From: a virus
Lineage: Duplodnaviria; Caudoviricetes
Length of the DNA stretch: 44,978 nucleotides
Direction: 5' to 3' (one strand)
Virus record (IMG/VR): IMGVR_UViG_3300017658_000128
Span: 1 to 44,978 of that record
Shown: one piece after another, positions 19,630 through 28,522 of the stretch
Layout of the letters: the number at the start of each line of letters is the position of its first letter
How positions within the stretch are numbered: the stretch's first letter is position 1
Position numbers and translations under genes: made by a program
The notes under the pieces: generated by a model
Told to the model about the DNA's origin: nothing
Database searches by the model: none
The model's input: the letters and a program-made list of their open reading frames with translations, nothing else

Positions 19630-21969
19630 TCAGACCTTGTTCGGGTTGCGATTATATTGCCTGATCTGGCCCGGCACGCCGTTGCTCACCGCCTGACCCA
19701 TGCGGGCAGAGGAGGCATCGGCGATCTCGGTCACCCTGACATCGAAATAGGGACTCGGGACCACCTCGACGCGGGCGCCACCGCCGCTGCCGCCCTGACC
19801 CCGGGCATGGTCAAGGACCGTCTCATCCGGATGCATCATGGCAAGAAACCCGCCCTTACCATCCAACCCGCCGGATCGCGCGCCCGATCCGGTATAGCCG
19901 CCGCCGTCAAAGGACAGCAGGCCACCAAGGGTCGAGATCAGCGAAGATCCCCAGGAGGTCTGATCGAGCAATCCCATGGCTCCCTTGGTGAACTGCACCT
20001 TGGCGATTTCGGCGAGGAGGTTCACGATCGCCTCCTTCGCCGCATCGGCCCCATCCAGCATCGAGCCGAAGAGGCCCTCCATGGCGCCCCGGCCCCGGTC
20101 GGTCGCATTGCGCATGTTCTCGAGCTTTTCTTCGGCATCGACATAGGCTTCAGCCATCTCGTTGATGTCCTTGCGGACATTCTCGGTGATCTCCACGCCG
20201 GCCTTTTGCGCCGCGTTGAGGAGCTTCTGCTCCTCCTCGATGACGGCCAGGGCATGTTCCCAGTCGCCGCCGGCAGCGGTGAGACTGGCCAAGGCCTCGA
20301 CCTGGCGCAGGAAGGCCTCGGTATTGCCGACGATCTCGGTCGAAGCGCGCTGATACCCGTTCTGCCGCTCCCGCCCTGCCCCGCTCCGCTTGCGCTTCTT
20401 CGACCGGCTGCCGCCACGCGCCTCGGTGGTCAGACCCCGCCAGGCATCCTCCTGGGCGGCATCGATGTCGACCTGGTCGAGATGGCCCTGCAACTCGGCA
20501 TCCGACATCCCGAAATACTCCGACCCCCAGGTGTCCCGCCCGTTCAGGATGGTCTGCTTGCGTCCGGCCAGCTCGCCCGCCCGGCGCGCATCGATGGCAG
20601 AACCGCCGGCATCGCGCACGGCCTGGGCGGCATTGACCTTGGCATTCATCACCATGCCTCCGCCGATCGCCGCGATCAGCGAATAGGCGCCCTGCAGCTC
20701 GGCATTGACCTGCGCCATGGCATCGGCCCAGGCGAGGGTCTGGCTCTCATTGTCATGCAGAGCCGCCAGAGCGTCATAGAGCGCGTCCTTCTGCTCGTCG
20801 GTGATATTGAGTGCCTCGATCGCCGCCGCCTGTTTTTCGAACTCCGCGTCCAGCTCGGCCTGCCGGACCTCCAGCGATTCCTTGCCATGCTCGGCAATCA
20901 GCTGGTTCATGTAGAGCTGGCTCTCCAGCGTCGCGAGCAGTTCTTCCGCCTTGGCCGCATCGGCGGCCCGGATCTCGGCCCGCCGCGCCTCGCCTTCCAG
21001 CAGCGCCTGCTGAAGCGGCACCATCTTCTCATTGATGCCGTTTAGCGCGCCCTCGTCAGCTCCGGCCTCCTTCAGGGCGTTGAGCTGGGCGGTGTAATCG
21101 TCGAGGCGCTGGCGCAACCCGACGAGATAGTCGTCGAGCCCGCCTGACGGCACCGGCTGGCTGACATAGGTGTAAATCTCGCGCATGGCATTGCCGAGAC
21201 CCTCGGCCAGGGCGAGCCTATCGCTGCTGATGCCGCCATAGCCGAAGAGCGCATCGGACCAGCTCGCCTTGAAGCCCAGATTGCCTGCCGCCTCGGCGAG
21301 GTTCGCGGATTCGATCCGGCCGGCGCCAGCGATGCCCCGATCCCCGAAAGCGTCAAAGCCCATGTCGCTATAGGATTTCGACAGGATGGCCGAGATCGAG
21401 GAGCGGGTTTTTTCCGCCTCGATCGTCATGATCCGGCGGGCGATCTCCGCGCCCTTCTGCGCCTCCTCGCCATATTTCTTCTCGGCATCGCCGGTATAGA
21501 GCAAGGACAGGCTCAGCGCGTCGTTATAGGTCGACATGCTGTCCTTCAGCGCCTCGAAGGCATCCTTGGTCTTGGCCGCCTCTTCCTGCGCCGGCATCAG
21601 CCATTGCACGGCAGCGGCGCCGAAGCCGATCACGCCGATGGTGGCGAGAGAGACCGGGTTCAGCATGCCGACAAAGGCCGAACCGAGCGCGCGCAATGCC
21701 CCGGTGCCGCCGCCCATCTGGGTCAGCACCTGGCTGATCTGGGTGCCTTGCTGCAGGGCCAGCTGGAGCGGGCTCTGCCCGGCCGCGAGCATGACGCCGA
21801 TATCGTTGAACTGCGAGACTAGGTTGGCATTGGCGCCGGCCGCCGCCCGCGAGGTGTCATCGATCGACTTCCGGATCCCGGCGATATCGCCCTTTGCCTT
21901 GCGCGCGCCTGCCGAGAAGCCGGCGGAATCGAGCGACAGGGTCGCCTTCAGGGAACCGACATTGGTCAT
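19630..21969 (-). CDS. Tape measure protein
   Basis: About 780 aa, Ala-rich and helical; lambda TMP motif GQSPLQLALQQGTQI; C-terminal FDGGGYTG...GGLDGKGGF. Confidence 0.92.
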   Translation of the reverse strand: MTNVGSLKATLSLDSAGFSAGARKAKGDIAGIRKSIDDTSRAAAGANANLVSQFNDIGVMLAAGQSPLQLALQQGTQISQVLTQMGGGTGALRALGSAFVGMLNPVSLATIGVIGFGAAAVQWLMPAQEEAAKTKDAFEALKDSMSTYNDALSLSLLYTGDAEKKYGEEAQKGAEIARRIMTIEAEKTRSSISAILSKSYSDMGFDAFGDRGIAGAGRIESANLAEAAGNLGFKASWSDALFGYGGISSDRLALAEGLGNAMREIYTYVSQPVPSGGLDDYLVGLRQRLDDYTAQLNALKEAGADEGALNGINEKMVPLQQALLEGEARRAEIRAADAAKAEELLATLESQLYMNQLIAEHGKESLEVRQAELDAEFEKQAAAIEALNITDEQKDALYDALAALHDNESQTLAWADAMAQVNAELQGAYSLIAAIGGGMVMNAKVNAAQAVRDAGGSAIDARRAGELAGRKQTILNGRDTWGSEYFGMSDAELQGHLDQVDIDAAQEDAWRGLTTEARGGSRSKKRKRSGAGRERQNGYQRASTEIVGNTEAFLRQVEALASLTAAGGDWEHALAVIEEEQKLLNAAQKAGVEITENVRKDINEMAEAYVDAEEKLENMRNATDRGRGAMEGLFGSMLDGADAAKEAIVNLLAEIAKVQFTKGAMGLLDQTSWGSSLISTLGGLLSFDGGGYTGSGARSGGLDGKGGFLAMMHPDETVLDHARGQGGSGGGARVEVVPSPYFDVRVTEIADASSARMGQAVSNGVPGQIRQYNRNPNKV

Positions 21970-22075
21970 GCTGATAGAAACCTCTTGGAAGAATCGCTCG
22001 ACGGGTCGCTCGGGTCGCGTCACGATAAATTCGGGCCGCCCATTGGTCTGGCGGCTTCAGGTAAAGGACGGACTC

Positions 22076-22387
22076 ATGCCAGCAATGATCGTGATCGCAT
22101 GGATCAATTTCGTCGGCGCAGGACTATTGCTGCTGATGTCATTCAACGGACATCCACTATTTCTTAGCTCGGCTGTCGCCGCTGCTATCTCGGGATGCCT
22201 GTTTCTGGCGATCGATCGGGCGCTCAAGCTGCTGGCAGAGATCCGCGATCGACTGCCGTCTGCCGTGACCGCATCCGAATCTATTCAATCTGCGGTTCTG
22301 CCCTCCCCCACGCCGACTAGAAGCCTCGCGGAGGTGGAAGCCGACCTGGCAAAAATGCAGAGCAGGATCAGTCCCCCTCCGAACTGA
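22076..22387 (+). CDS. Moron: small membrane protein antisense to the tail operon
   Basis: AAGGA RBS; two hydrophobic helices followed by a soluble tail. Confidence 0.65.
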   Translation: MPAMIVIAWINFVGAGLLLLMSFNGHPLFLSSAVAAAISGCLFLAIDRALKLLAEIRDRLPSAVTASESIQSAVLPSPTPTRSLAEVEADLAKMQSRISPPPN

Positions 22388-22389
22388 TA

Positions 22390-22749
22390 TTAGTCCACTT
22401 CCGCACCTGATGCGCCCCATGCCGCTGCAAGCACATGCAGCGCGGCTTCCAATTGTTCCGGGGTCTGGGGACCGGATTGGCGCGGACCGGCCGTGCCGAA
22501 ATAGCTGTCATATCCCCGCAGCTTGCCGGCAAAGGCGGCCCCGGTCAGTGCCGCCGTGTTCCAGGCGCTGCGATTGCGCATCTCCGCTTCCAGCCGCAGC
22601 CGGTCGCGATGCGCCTGCATCTGCAAGGCGTAGAGCCGCAGGGTCAGGGGCCAGAAATCACGGCCGGGAAAGCCGGCCGCGACATGATTGCGATAAAGAC
22701 CCGCGAGGGTCAGCTCGCCCGCTTCTTCCGCGGGCGGCGCACCTTTCCC
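22390..22749 (-). CDS. Tail assembly chaperone, frameshift extension (gpGT-like)
   Basis: The -1 frame is open from the slippery site: GAPPAEEAGELTLAGLYRNHVAAGFPGRDFWPLTLRLY... Confidence 0.8.
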   Translation of the reverse strand, partial: GKGAPPAEEAGELTLAGLYRNHVAAGFPGRDFWPLTLRLYALQMQAHRDRLRLEAEMRNRSAWNTAALTGAAFAGKLRGYDSYFGTAGPRQSGPQTPEQLEAALHVLAAAWGASGAEVD

Positions 22750-23078
22750 GGGGATTTTTCCTCGGAAGGCAAATCACCAGGCTGCGGCTGCGCCGCCTGC
22801 AGCGCGGCAATGAACGCGCCAGCATTGCTGTCGAGGATCTGGGCGGCCAGTTCGAGCGTGATCTCCGGGGCCTGCGACTTGAGCCCGCCATAGACCAGGG
22901 CGCGCAGATCGCGGGCCGAGACCAGGCCGGACTGGATGCCGCCCCGTTCCAGCAGCTTCAGCATGGCAAAGCCATTCTTGCCCGTCACCTCCTCGAAGGT
23001 GCAGAGCGCGGCCATGTCGATAACCATGGCATAGCTCTGGCCCTCATGGGTCAGGCTGACCTTTCCCTGAATATTCAT
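22710..23078 (-). CDS. Tail assembly chaperone (gpG-like)
   Basis: Between tail tube and tape measure; ends ...SPGKV containing G GGA AAG. Confidence 0.8.
   Translation of the reverse strand: MNIQGKVSLTHEGQSYAMVIDMAALCTFEEVTGKNGFAMLKLLERGGIQSGLVSARDLRALVYGGLKSQAPEITLELAAQILDSNAGAFIAALQAAQPQPGDLPSEEKSPGKVRRPRKKRAS
22743..22749 (-). other. -1 programmed ribosomal frameshift site GGGAAAG
   Basis: Same heptamer and phase (G GGA AAG) as lambda G/GT. Confidence 0.85.
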
Positions 23079-23087
23079 GCCGCCTCC

Positions 23088-23519
23088 TTACGTGACCGGA
23101 TAGGCGACGAGCACCGGCTTGCCCGAGGGCTTGATCGTCACCGAGGCGGTCAGCTTGCCCTCGGGCGAGATCTCGCCCACAGCGAAAGCGGTGACGATAC
23201 CGGCAAACTGCAAGGCCACGGTCCCGCTCGGGAAGATCAGTTCGAAGTTCCCGGCTCCCGCCTCGAAGGCCGCCAACAGCGGATCGCTGACTGTCGGAAC
23301 CCAGTTCACGTCGAAGGTGCAATCCGAGCCGGTCTTCAGCCCGGCGATGAACTCGGCCCAGGCGTCAGGGCTTTCCAGATGCGTGGCATCGACAGTGTTG
23401 CGCGTCCAGCCGGGTGGTGTGATGCGGGTGACCTCGGCCACGGCGTTATAGGTCGAACCCGACGACGCCTTGATCCCGAACTTGGCGCCAAGGCCGATCT
23501 GGGCATTGGTAACAGGCAT
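23088..23519 (-). CDS. Major tail tube protein
   Basis: VAEVTRITPPG, DATHLESPD, EFIAGL and SVTIKPSGKP motifs. Confidence 0.88.
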   Translation of the reverse strand: MPVTNAQIGLGAKFGIKASSGSTYNAVAEVTRITPPGWTRNTVDATHLESPDAWAEFIAGLKTGSDCTFDVNWVPTVSDPLLAAFEAGAGNFELIFPSGTVALQFAGIVTAFAVGEISPEGKLTASVTIKPSGKPVLVAYPVT

Positions 23520-23557
23520 TCTTCAGCCCTCCATGTGATGATGAGCGCCCCACCCCG

Positions 23558-23989
23558 TCACGGGGTGTCGGGCAGAGTGGCGGGCGCGCGCCAGAGCGTG
23601 ATGCGGAAACTCATGACCAGCGTGCCGATGTTGCGCGCACCTTGGGTGTTGGCCACCACCGAGGTTTCCTCGAGGAAGCAGGAGAGCCCCTGCCCGCGCA
23701 GCGCCGCCGTGACCACGGCCTCGATGATGTCGCTGTCCTGGTCGAGATCATCCTCGACCTCGTCGTGACCGGCGCGACGCAGCGCGACCTGCAGCATGGT
23801 GCGCCGCATGGTCGAGGACATGCTGTCCTGCTCGCAGCGATCCTGCGGGGTCAACACGCCCAGGACCGGCAAGGTGTCCTCGTCCACCGATCCGGGCCAG
23901 ACCCGGAAGATGGTGAACTCGTCGAACCGCGCATGCTCGCGCAAGGCGGCGCGGACCATGTCGCGATAGTCGCTGCGGTAATGCGCCAT
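23558..23989 (-). CDS. Tail terminator / completion protein
   Basis: Position and size. Confidence 0.6.
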   Translation of the reverse strand: MAHYRSDYRDMVRAALREHARFDEFTIFRVWPGSVDEDTLPVLGVLTPQDRCEQDSMSSTMRRTMLQVALRRAGHDEVEDDLDQDSDIIEAVVTAALRGQGLSCFLEETSVVANTQGARNIGTLVMSFRITLWRAPATLPDTP

Positions 23990-24324
23990 CAGATCGTCCT
24001 CGCGGCAAAGGTGGCCATCTCGCAGAGCTGGAAGGCATCCCGGGCCGGTGACCCGAGGCTATGGACCACCATCACCCGGAAGCTGCGCTTGTCGGCCAGC
24101 GTGATCCGGTCATCCCGGCGCAGATCCGGCACCAGGTCGCGACGCACCCGCCAGGTCGGCGCATCGATGCGGACGAGCTGGCCGTCCGCACCCTCGACCT
24201 CGATCGGGGTCTCGCGGAAGATCGACTGGATCTGCCGCGAGGTGCCATCCTGCGGGAAATAGGTGACCGGGGCGCCGAACACGTCGGAGAGGATCCCGGT
24301 CATCCCGTCGAAGATCGACGACAT
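23989..24324 (-). CDS. Head-tail joining protein (FII-like)
   Basis: Position, coupled start/stop and beta-rich composition. Confidence 0.65.
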   Translation of the reverse strand: MSSIFDGMTGILSDVFGAPVTYFPQDGTSRQIQSIFRETPIEVEGADGQLVRIDAPTWRVRRDLVPDLRRDDRITLADKRSFRVMVVHSLGSPARDAFQLCEMATFAARTI

Positions 24325-24656
24325 CAGCGGATGACGCCATCCAGCAGGACGATACCTGTTGCCGACGGGTTGGCCGCGATCTCCACCGCCGCGCCGATCA
24401 GGGTGTTGTCGGTGGCGGTGGTGGTCACGACCTTGGCGGTGTCGTCCCAATAGACCTTGGCGCCCGCCGTCCAGGCCTGGGCCGAGGTCTTCGGAAGCTC
24501 GAACACGCCCCGGCGCACGAGAACGACCTCCTCGCCGGCACCGGCGTCGCCCTGCGCGACCCCGAAAATATCGCCGACCAGAACCCCGGCACCGCCGGCG
24601 ACCGCCGCGGCCATGGTCAGGGTGAGATGCTCACCCGGCTGGATCCAGTTCTTCAT
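24324..24656 (-). CDS. DUF2190 family capsid cement protein
   Basis: MKNWIQPG...GVFELPK...GAKVYWD...IGAA. Confidence 0.85.
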   Translation of the reverse strand: MKNWIQPGEHLTLTMAAAVAGGAGVLVGDIFGVAQGDAGAGEEVVLVRRGVFELPKTSAQAWTAGAKVYWDDTAKVVTTTATDNTLIGAAVEIAANPSATGIVLLDGVIR

Positions 24657-24682
24657 GATCTCTTCTCCATGAAAGGGGGAAA

Positions 24683-24714
24683 TGACGAAGGGCGGCCGGA
24701 GCCGCCCTTCGTCA
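24683..24714 (-). terminator. Perfect 14-bp hairpin after the capsid gene
   Basis: TGACGAAGGGCGGC-CGGA-GCCGCCCTTCGTCA, followed on the minus strand by a pyrimidine run. Confidence 0.6.
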
Positions 24715-24731
24715 GTGAACCTTACGCGGGC

Positions 24732-26867
24732 TCAGGCGCCGTTGTTCTTGTAGGAGCCGCGATACTCGACGGCGGCGGCGCCGAAGATGTGGCGCGCGTT
24801 CATGGTCACGGCATCGGGGTTCATGCCCTCGATCGTCTGCACGGTCGGTGCGTTGTAACCCTCGAGATAGGCATGTGCGATCGGCGGCAGATCGCTCGAG
24901 ATCAGATACCAGGCGGTATCCGAGCCACCCGCCGCGGTGCCGAGGTTTGGCACAACACTGGGCGCGAGCGTGGACTTGTAGGGGTTGACGTTGCCGTCGA
25001 CGGCCGGGGTCACGGCCGTGGCGAATTGCAGCGCCACCAGCTCGAGCGCGGGGGGAACGATCAGCCGGTCGGGTTCGACCTGCAGGAAATCGTCCTTGTC
25101 CTTGCTGCCGAAGGCGCGCTGTTCCCACATCGCCTTGCGCGCCGCCGCGACCGAGGCCGCCGAGATCGCCGCTGCCGCGCCGCCCGAAGCCAGGTTGCTG
25201 TGGCTGGCGTGAAACAGGGCGGTGTTGTCCGATTTCAGGGCCGCGTTAGCGCGGATCAGCGCCCAGACCATGGAGTTTTCCATGCTGCGCGCCGCCATGG
25301 CGAATTCCATGGGAATGCGCTGGAACGCCCCCATGTCGTCGTTCACCACCGCCTCGAAGGTCAGCTTGATCGTGCGCCCGCGGCGTTCGACCTTCAGGCC
25401 CTCGGCCTCGTCCGCCAACACCGCCGACTGGTATTCACCATTCTCGGCCACCGGCTTCAGCGAGAAATCACCCCCGAAGCGAACCGAATGCAGCTCGCGG
25501 AAGTCGGTTGCGGTCAGCGGCGAACCCGTCACCAATTGCCAGGTGGCGGCGCGGCGCTGGTAGGCCGCCTGCAGGCTGCGGTTCATCACCTCGGTGGTGA
25601 TATAGGCAAAGTCGCTGACACCGAAGGCGCCGCCCATCATGGTCGTCGACCGCATGCCGCGACGGATGGTGTCGGGATCATTGAAGCCCCGCGACGGGCC
25701 GGCAAGCTCCATGGCCAGATGGCGGATGCGCATGCCGCGGAATTGCTGCGCCGGGCCTTCGGCCTGACCCATCATTGCGCCGATCATGCCTTCCATTTGC
25801 GTTTCGGTATTGTCGCGCGTGATGGTGGCGCGCTGGCCGGCGGTGCGACCAGCGGGCTCGGCGGCGGCCATCGTGGCCATGAAGCGCGATCCCGCGACCT
25901 CCGCCGAAACGCCCTCATCGATCAGCGCATCGACATCGGCCTGCATCAGCCGTCCCGAGGTCACGAATGGCGCGGCCATCTCGCGGATGGCGCGGGTCCG
26001 GGTACGCTCGGCCGCCAGGACATCGGCTGTGCCGGGCTGCTGCATGGTGGAGGGCGCGGGTACGGGCGGCGTCACCGCGGGGGCCTGCATGGTGGCCGGG
26101 GCATCCGCCTGCGGCGCGTCGGTCGGGGTCTCATTGGCCATCGCGGCCTCCTTTTGCTGATTGCCGCGCGCAGCGGCGGGGGATTGGTCGGGCCGCCCGG
26201 CCCGATCCGTTGCCGGTTTCTGTTTCGCGGCGCTGATGCGTTCCATCAGCACGCGGTTGGCACCCATGAAGGCGGCGCGGGCGGCCTCGAGGGTCGCCGT
26301 TGCTGGAGGTGGCGGTGCGGCATCACCCGCCAGGCCATCGGCAAAACCCTCGGCAATGGCCGCATCGGGGCCATACCAGGTCTCAGCCTTCATGATCCTG
26401 CGCGCCTCGTCAGAGGTTTTACCCGAGGCGGCCGCATAGACGGCCGCATAGGTCGTCGCGATGACGGCCAGCTGATCGGCGGCGCGGCGGGTTTCCTCTT
26501 CATTGCCCCACACGCCGCCGGACGGGTCGTGGATCATGATGTGAGAGCCAGCCGACATCAGCCTCTCCGCCCCCGCCATCAGGATCAGCGAAGCCGCCGA
26601 GGCCGCTATGCCTTCGACGATGATGCGGCAGCCGCCGGGGTGGCCGGCGAGCATGGCCCGGATCTGCTCGCCCGCATTGACATGCCCGCCGACCGAATTG
26701 ATGCGGACGGTAATCCGCCCCTCGCCGAGCTGGGTCAGCGCGCTGCGGACCATCGAGGGGCTGAAGAACACGTCCTCCTCCCACATCCAACCCACCCAGG
26801 AATCGTCAATGACGTTCCCGCTGAGGATCAGCTCGTCATTTGCGATCAGGTCGATCCCGGTCTTCAT
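24732..26867 (-). CDS. ClpP-like prohead protease fused to major capsid protein
   Basis: INSVGG, AASAAS, IMIHDP and ETW protease motifs; linker; capsid domain (NDDMGAF, LIVPPALE). Confidence 0.9.
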   Translation of the reverse strand: MKTGIDLIANDELILSGNVIDDSWVGWMWEEDVFFSPSMVRSALTQLGEGRITVRINSVGGHVNAGEQIRAMLAGHPGGCRIIVEGIAASAASLILMAGAERLMSAGSHIMIHDPSGGVWGNEEETRRAADQLAVIATTYAAVYAAASGKTSDEARRIMKAETWYGPDAAIAEGFADGLAGDAAPPPPATATLEAARAAFMGANRVLMERISAAKQKPATDRAGRPDQSPAAARGNQQKEAAMANETPTDAPQADAPATMQAPAVTPPVPAPSTMQQPGTADVLAAERTRTRAIREMAAPFVTSGRLMQADVDALIDEGVSAEVAGSRFMATMAAAEPAGRTAGQRATITRDNTETQMEGMIGAMMGQAEGPAQQFRGMRIRHLAMELAGPSRGFNDPDTIRRGMRSTTMMGGAFGVSDFAYITTEVMNRSLQAAYQRRAATWQLVTGSPLTATDFRELHSVRFGGDFSLKPVAENGEYQSAVLADEAEGLKVERRGRTIKLTFEAVVNDDMGAFQRIPMEFAMAARSMENSMVWALIRANAALKSDNTALFHASHSNLASGGAAAAISAASVAAARKAMWEQRAFGSKDKDDFLQVEPDRLIVPPALELVALQFATAVTPAVDGNVNPYKSTLAPSVVPNLGTAAGGSDTAWYLISSDLPPIAHAYLEGYNAPTVQTIEGMNPDAVTMNARHIFGAAAVEYRGSYKNNGA

Positions 26868-28316
26868 CCTGCACGTCCTCTTGTTCTGATGGTTCCGCGG
26901 CTTTCGCCGCCGCCTCTTTTGCGGCGGGCGGATTCAGACCCGCATCGGTGTCGGCCTTGTGGTCTGCCAGGCGCTCTTCGCGAATCCGGTCCGGATCGCG
27001 GCCCAGTTCACGCTGCACGCCCTGCCGGCTGTTCAGTCCGGCATCGACCTCTTCGATCATCGCCGGGATCTCCTTCGTCGGATCGACGAGGATGCGGCGC
27101 GGTGGCGTCCAGTCCATGGTGAAGTCGATGCCGCGATGCCCGACCAGCGCCAGCCCCTCGCGGAACCAGCGCTCCATCCCGGTACCGAACTGCGCGATCA
27201 TCAGACCGCGCTGCCACATGCGGACCAGCCGGTCCATTTCGTTGCGGCCGAGGCGTCCGGACGAGAAGTTCGTGCGGCGAAGATCGCCGGTCAGGGCCTC
27301 ATAGGTGATGCCCAGACCCGCGGCGATGGTTCGCAGCCCGGTTTCCATGAACTCGCCATAGCCCTCGACCGTGGGTGGATTGGTCGAGACCGGCTCCGCC
27401 CCCTCGGGCAGTTCCACAATGGCACCGGGTTCCAGGGCCTCAAGCCCCGCCCCGGCCTTGGTGTTCCGCGTCGAACCGACTGCCCATTTCAGCATGATCG
27501 CCAGCAACGCCGACATGCGCTGCTTGAGGATCTGCGCCTCCTGGTAATCGGAAAGCTCGCCCAGCGTCATCATGACAGGGGCGAGCCACGGCACGCCGCG
27601 CAGCTGGCCCGGGCGTTCGAAACGGCGAATATGGATCACATCCGACCAATGCACCCGCGTCGATTCCTGTGGCCTGCGATGGCGGATCGCGCCCGGATGC
27701 TCGGGCAGGAAGTGATAGGCCTCGACCGCGCCGGTCGGACCATATTCCACCCCCTCAAAGACAAGGTTGTCGCCGTGGCTCTGGATCGTCATGTCGAGGC
27801 AGTCCGCTTCGAGCAGTTCGACCTGATAGGGCAGCGCCAGATTGCCCAGAAAGCGCGGGGAGCGCATGCGCCGGCGCAGCAGGACCTCGCCATCGGTGAA
27901 GACTGTCGACATGCAGATCTGCTGCATCTCGAAGAGATCATACTCACCGAGCGTATCGATGTCGTTCGAGAGCAGGTGGCGTTTCAGAAGCTCTTCAACC
28001 GTCGCCTTCGCATTCGGGCTGGCCGACCGGATCGAGGGCGCAATGCCCTCACCCCCACGTTCGCGACCACGACGTCCCGCGCCCGGGCCGCATAAGCGCG
28101 GTTGCGCATCATGTCGCGACTGAGTTGCCTGAGCCGGGCGCGCGAGCCGAAGGCTGCGGCATCCGCCGCGGTGGCCGGGGCTTTCCAGCCATAAGTCCGT
28201 CGCCCGCGCGAGGCGGCGTCATAGTTCATCACGATGGCGGTCTGCGCGCGGGCGGTGGCCCGGCGCAGGCCGGCCGCCGGGCTGAAGAACCCGACGGCCC
28301 GATCAAGAAAGTTCAT
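26836..28316 (-). pseudogene. Lambda-family portal protein interrupted by a 1-nt frameshift at about 28052-28056
   Basis: N-terminal half (YDAAS...RDVVVANV) and C-terminal half (RGVPWLAP, LTGD...NFSSGR, VDPTKE) lie in different frames; adding one base joins them. Confidence 0.85.
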
Positions 28317-28519
28317 CAGAGCCCCCGCGTCGTGCGAGGATAGCTGACACCGAAGGCAGGACCGCGTCCGCCGGCAAGCTCGGCCTCGATCATCGCCAGC
28401 GTGGCGCGCATCTCGGCGAGCGAACGGAACTTGACCCGCTCGCCCGCAACTTCGACCTCGGCAGCGCCCTTGGCGATCGAGGCGCGCAGGCGATCGGCAT
28501 CAGCCTGTGTATAGGACAT
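28316..28519 (-). CDS. gpW-like head completion protein
   Basis: 67 aa; LRASIAKG...VKFRSLAEM; between terminase and portal. Confidence 0.8.
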   Translation of the reverse strand: MSYTQADADRLRASIAKGAAEVEVAGERVKFRSLAEMRATLAMIEAELAGGRGPAFGVSYPRTTRGL

Positions 28520-28522
28520 GGC

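Noticed and set aside
24627-27122. 831-aa plus-strand ORF
   Set aside because: Antisense shadow of the protease-capsid gene.
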